From Promethearchaeota archaeon (GTDB lineage: Archaea > Asgardarchaeota > Lokiarchaeia > Sigyniarchaeales > SOKP01): 18,310 bases of DNA. Position 1 is the stretch's first letter. Every line of letters starts with the position of its first letter. The DNA is taken from positions 1-18,310 of the forward strand of contig JBHLNZ010000063.1 of NCBI GenBank assembly GCA_048941015.1, in the 5' to 3' direction. Under the pieces are notes generated by a model, which was given only the letters and a program-made list of their open reading frames with translations, was not told the origin of the DNA and did not search any database. A program made the position numbers and the translations under genes. Positions 16,050-18,310 of the stretch are shown here, in pieces.

Positions 16050-18209
16050 ATTTCTAGTGTAGTAAGTTGCACTCAAGAACTATGTGAAACTGATTTTGAA
16101 ATAGAAAAAGAAGAACAAGAATCTTTTTTTGAAGAAAAATTTTGGCTTTTTATAATTCCTTCAGCAATTTTACTTGGAATCTCAATACTTTTAGATTTTA
16201 CAACAGAATTGGTAATTATAAGTCAAATTTTAGCTATTTTGTCGGTAATCCTTTCTGCTCCAGGAGTATTAAAAGAAGCTATTGAAGATATTAAAAACAA
16301 AAAAATCACAGCAAATATTTTAATGATTATAGCTGCAGTAGCCTCTTTTTTTATTATTCATGGTCAAGAAGGTGCTACAGCAATTTTATTATATGCTATA
16401 GCAGAACATTTAGAGGAACTAACAACAGATAAATCAAGAAAAGCAATTAAAGAGTTGCTTGAATTAGCACCTGACGAAGCCTTACTTAAAATAGAGGATA
16501 AATATGAATTAATTCCTACAAAACAAGTTAAAATTGGTAATATTATAGGAATAAAACCAGGAATGAAAGTTCCATTAGATGGTGTAATTATTAAAGGAAG
16601 CACTTATTTGGATGAAAGTGCAATTACAGGTGAATCAATTCCTGTTTATAAGAAAGAATCAGATGAAGTTTTTGCTGCAAGTATTAATAGTGATAGCTTT
16701 ATTGAAGTAGAAGTAACTAGAGAAAGTACTAATACAATAGTTGCTCAAATTGCTGAAAGTATTAAGCTTGCCCAGCAAAATAAAAGTAAGAATGAAAGAT
16801 TTATTGAAAAATTCGCAAAATACTATACACCAATAATTCTCTTAAGTTCTTTAATTGTAATGATTATACCTCCTTTATTTGGTTTAAACTTTTATGATTG
16901 GTTTTATCGAGGTTTAATTCTTTTAGTAGTTTCATGCCCCTGTGCTTTAACACTTTCAACACCGTTAGCTAATATCGCAGCATTAACAAAGCTAGCAAAA
17001 GAAGGAATATTAGTAAAAGGAAATAAGTTTATTGAAAAAGTTAAAGATATCGAAGTAATAGCATTTGATAAAACAGGCACCCTTACTGAAGGAAACTTAA
17101 AAGTGTTTGACATTAAAATTTATAGAGAGACCAAAGATGAAGTTTTAAAAATTGCAGCAAGCTTGGAGGCATTATCGGAGCATCCAATTGGCAAGGCTAT
17201 TGTAGAAATGGCAAGAGATAAGAAAATTTCTTTATATAACGTTGAGAATTTTACAATAATAAAGGGGAAAGGAATAAAAGGTGAAATTAATGGAAAATTA
17301 TATCATGTTGGCAGCAAAAATTTTCTAGAAGAATTGAACTATAATTTTAATGAATATAATTTTCATTATATTGAATCATCAGGTACTATCCCTATTTTGG
17401 TTGGGAATGATGGCAATTTATTAGGCATAATCAGTATTAGAGATGTTTTAAGAATCTCAGCTCCACTTTTATTTGATGGCTTAAAGAAAAGAAAGGTTGA
17501 AACTTTGATGATCTCGGGCGATAATCAAAATGTATGTAATACAATAGGTGCTTGTTTAAATATTGATTCTGCTAAGGGTGAACTATTGCCAGATCAAAAG
17601 CTTGAAGAAATAGAGGATTTAAAAGCGAAATATAAAGGAGTTGCGATGGTAGGAGATGGAATAAATGATGCTCCAGCGTTGGCTTTATCTGATCTTGGAA
17701 TTGCTATAGGAGTTTCAGCTACAGATTTAACATTAGAGACTGCTGATGTTATTATTATGTCTGATGATTTAAAAAAAATTTTAGCCTTTTTTGATGTATC
17801 CCGAAAAACAAACAAAATTATAAGACAAAATATTTGGTCATCTATCTTAATTAAGGTTTCTTTTGCAATCTTAACCGTGATTGGTTTAATGACACTCTGG
17901 TTAGCGGTCGGTATTGGTGATATGGGTGTCTCACTTGGAATTATGCTTAATAGTATGACTATCTTTGCTTTTAGAAATAAGTTTAAAGAAACTGCTTCAG
18001 AAGACTTAAATAGTGATGCAAAAATGATTATTTGTAATAATTGTCAAACAAAAAATATAATTCCTCAACATCATGGTAGAGATATGGTTGAGAAAGATGG
18101 TAAGTTAGTCTGTTGGAGAAAACTGTTAACGAGTGATGAGTTAGAACCTTGTGAAGAGGAATTACCTTTATTTTGTCCTAATTGTAATAATCAATTAGAA
18201 ATTGCTTAA
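16050..18209 (+). CDS. zntA: Heavy-metal-translocating P1B-type ATPase, Zn/Cd/Pb (P1B-2, ZntA/CadA-like); probable ATT start at 16050
   Basis: TGES, SCPCAL, DKTGTLT, SEHP, MISGD and GDGINDAPAL motifs. Lys in ILIK and Asp in GDMG fit P1B-2. The frame extends 53 codons above the TTG at 16209 and includes the first TM (FWLFIIPSAILLGISILL). SD AGGTGA lies 6 nt before ATT. Confidence 0.92.
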   Translation: MSSVVSCTQELCETDFEIEKEEQESFFEEKFWLFIIPSAILLGISILLDFTTELVIISQILAILSVILSAPGVLKEAIEDIKNKKITANILMIIAAVASFFIIHGQEGATAILLYAIAEHLEELTTDKSRKAIKELLELAPDEALLKIEDKYELIPTKQVKIGNIIGIKPGMKVPLDGVIIKGSTYLDESAITGESIPVYKKESDEVFAASINSDSFIEVEVTRESTNTIVAQIAESIKLAQQNKSKNERFIEKFAKYYTPIILLSSLIVMIIPPLFGLNFYDWFYRGLILLVVSCPCALTLSTPLANIAALTKLAKEGILVKGNKFIEKVKDIEVIAFDKTGTLTEGNLKVFDIKIYRETKDEVLKIAASLEALSEHPIGKAIVEMARDKKISLYNVENFTIIKGKGIKGEINGKLYHVGSKNFLEELNYNFNEYNFHYIESSGTIPILVGNDGNLLGIISIRDVLRISAPLLFDGLKKRKVETLMISGDNQNVCNTIGACLNIDSAKGELLPDQKLEEIEDLKAKYKGVAMVGDGINDAPALALSDLGIAIGVSATDLTLETADVIIMSDDLKKILAFFDVSRKTNKIIRQNIWSSILIKVSFAILTVIGLMTLWLAVGIGDMGVSLGIMLNSMTIFAFRNKFKETASEDLNSDAKMIICNNCQTKNIIPQHHGRDMVEKDGKLVCWRKLLTSDELEPCEEELPLFCPNCNNQLEIA

Positions 18210-18223
18210 TTTTTAATATAAAT

Positions 18224-18239
18224 TTCTTTATTAAAAGAA
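18224..18239. terminator. Small AT-rich hairpin/oligo-T tract between the convergent ATPase and tRNA genes
   Basis: TTCTTT-ATTA-AAAGAA. On the minus strand it reads TTCTTTT directly after the tRNA discriminator base. Confidence 0.3.
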
Positions 18240-18310
18240 TGCGGGAAGGGAGATTTGAACTCCCGAACCCCTACGGGACTGGATTCTGAGTCCAGCGCCT
18301 TTGTCCAGAC
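18240..18310 (-). tRNA. tRNA-Leu(CAG), 5' end beyond the window
   Basis: Reverse complement shows anticodon arm CTGGA-CTCAGAA-TCCAG (anticodon 18288-18286), long variable arm CCCGTAGGG, T arm GGGAG-TTCAAAT-CTCCC, acceptor strand TTCCCGC and discriminator A. No encoded CCA and no anticodon-loop intron. Confidence 0.96.

Noticed and set aside
14854-17815. Short ORFs antisense to the TPR and P-type ATPase genes (14854, 15438, 16364, 16904, 17594)
   Set aside because: All are fully nested opposite well-supported genes.
18240-18310. tRNA as attachment site of an integrated element
   Set aside because: No integrase, no duplicated tRNA 3' end and no compositional break seen in the window.
1-18310. 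CRISPR array, IS element, riboswitch or selenocysteine recoding
   Set aside because: No spaced direct repeats, transposase or GC-rich structured leader. The in-frame TGA codons seen upstream of genes are part of SD motifs, not internal codons.

Overview
Strongly AT-rich archaeal DNA, most likely Asgard/Lokiarchaeia. This is inferred from GGTGA-type Shine-Dalgarno sites, a tRNA without encoded CCA, a DUF166 gene and a Loki-CTERM-like IDGY-TM-basic tail. From left to right the window holds a MoxR AAA+ ATPase/VWA pair (VWA runs off the window), a membrane-anchored alpha/beta hydrolase, and a six-gene minus-strand operon. The operon encodes two cysteine-less sulfite-oxidase/molybdopterin-fold membrane proteins, a DOMON/EB_dh-like protein and a complete ECF transporter (S, fused A-A', T), and sits behind a ModE-box-like palindrome. 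It is followed by two coupled coiled-coil + winged-helix genes, an atypical kinase-fold gene, DUF166, a TPR protein resembling a STAND protein without its NTPase, a P1B-2 heavy-metal ATPase with an unusual C-terminal Cys/His domain, and tRNA-Leu(CAG). The top candidates for new biology are (1) a putative Mo/W-pterin cofactor scavenging or trafficking system, (2) a possible -1 frameshift or AUA re-initiation joining MoxR to VWA, and (3) repeated GGTGA-N6-AUU non-canonical initiation. All family calls come from motif recognition by eye; no searches were run.
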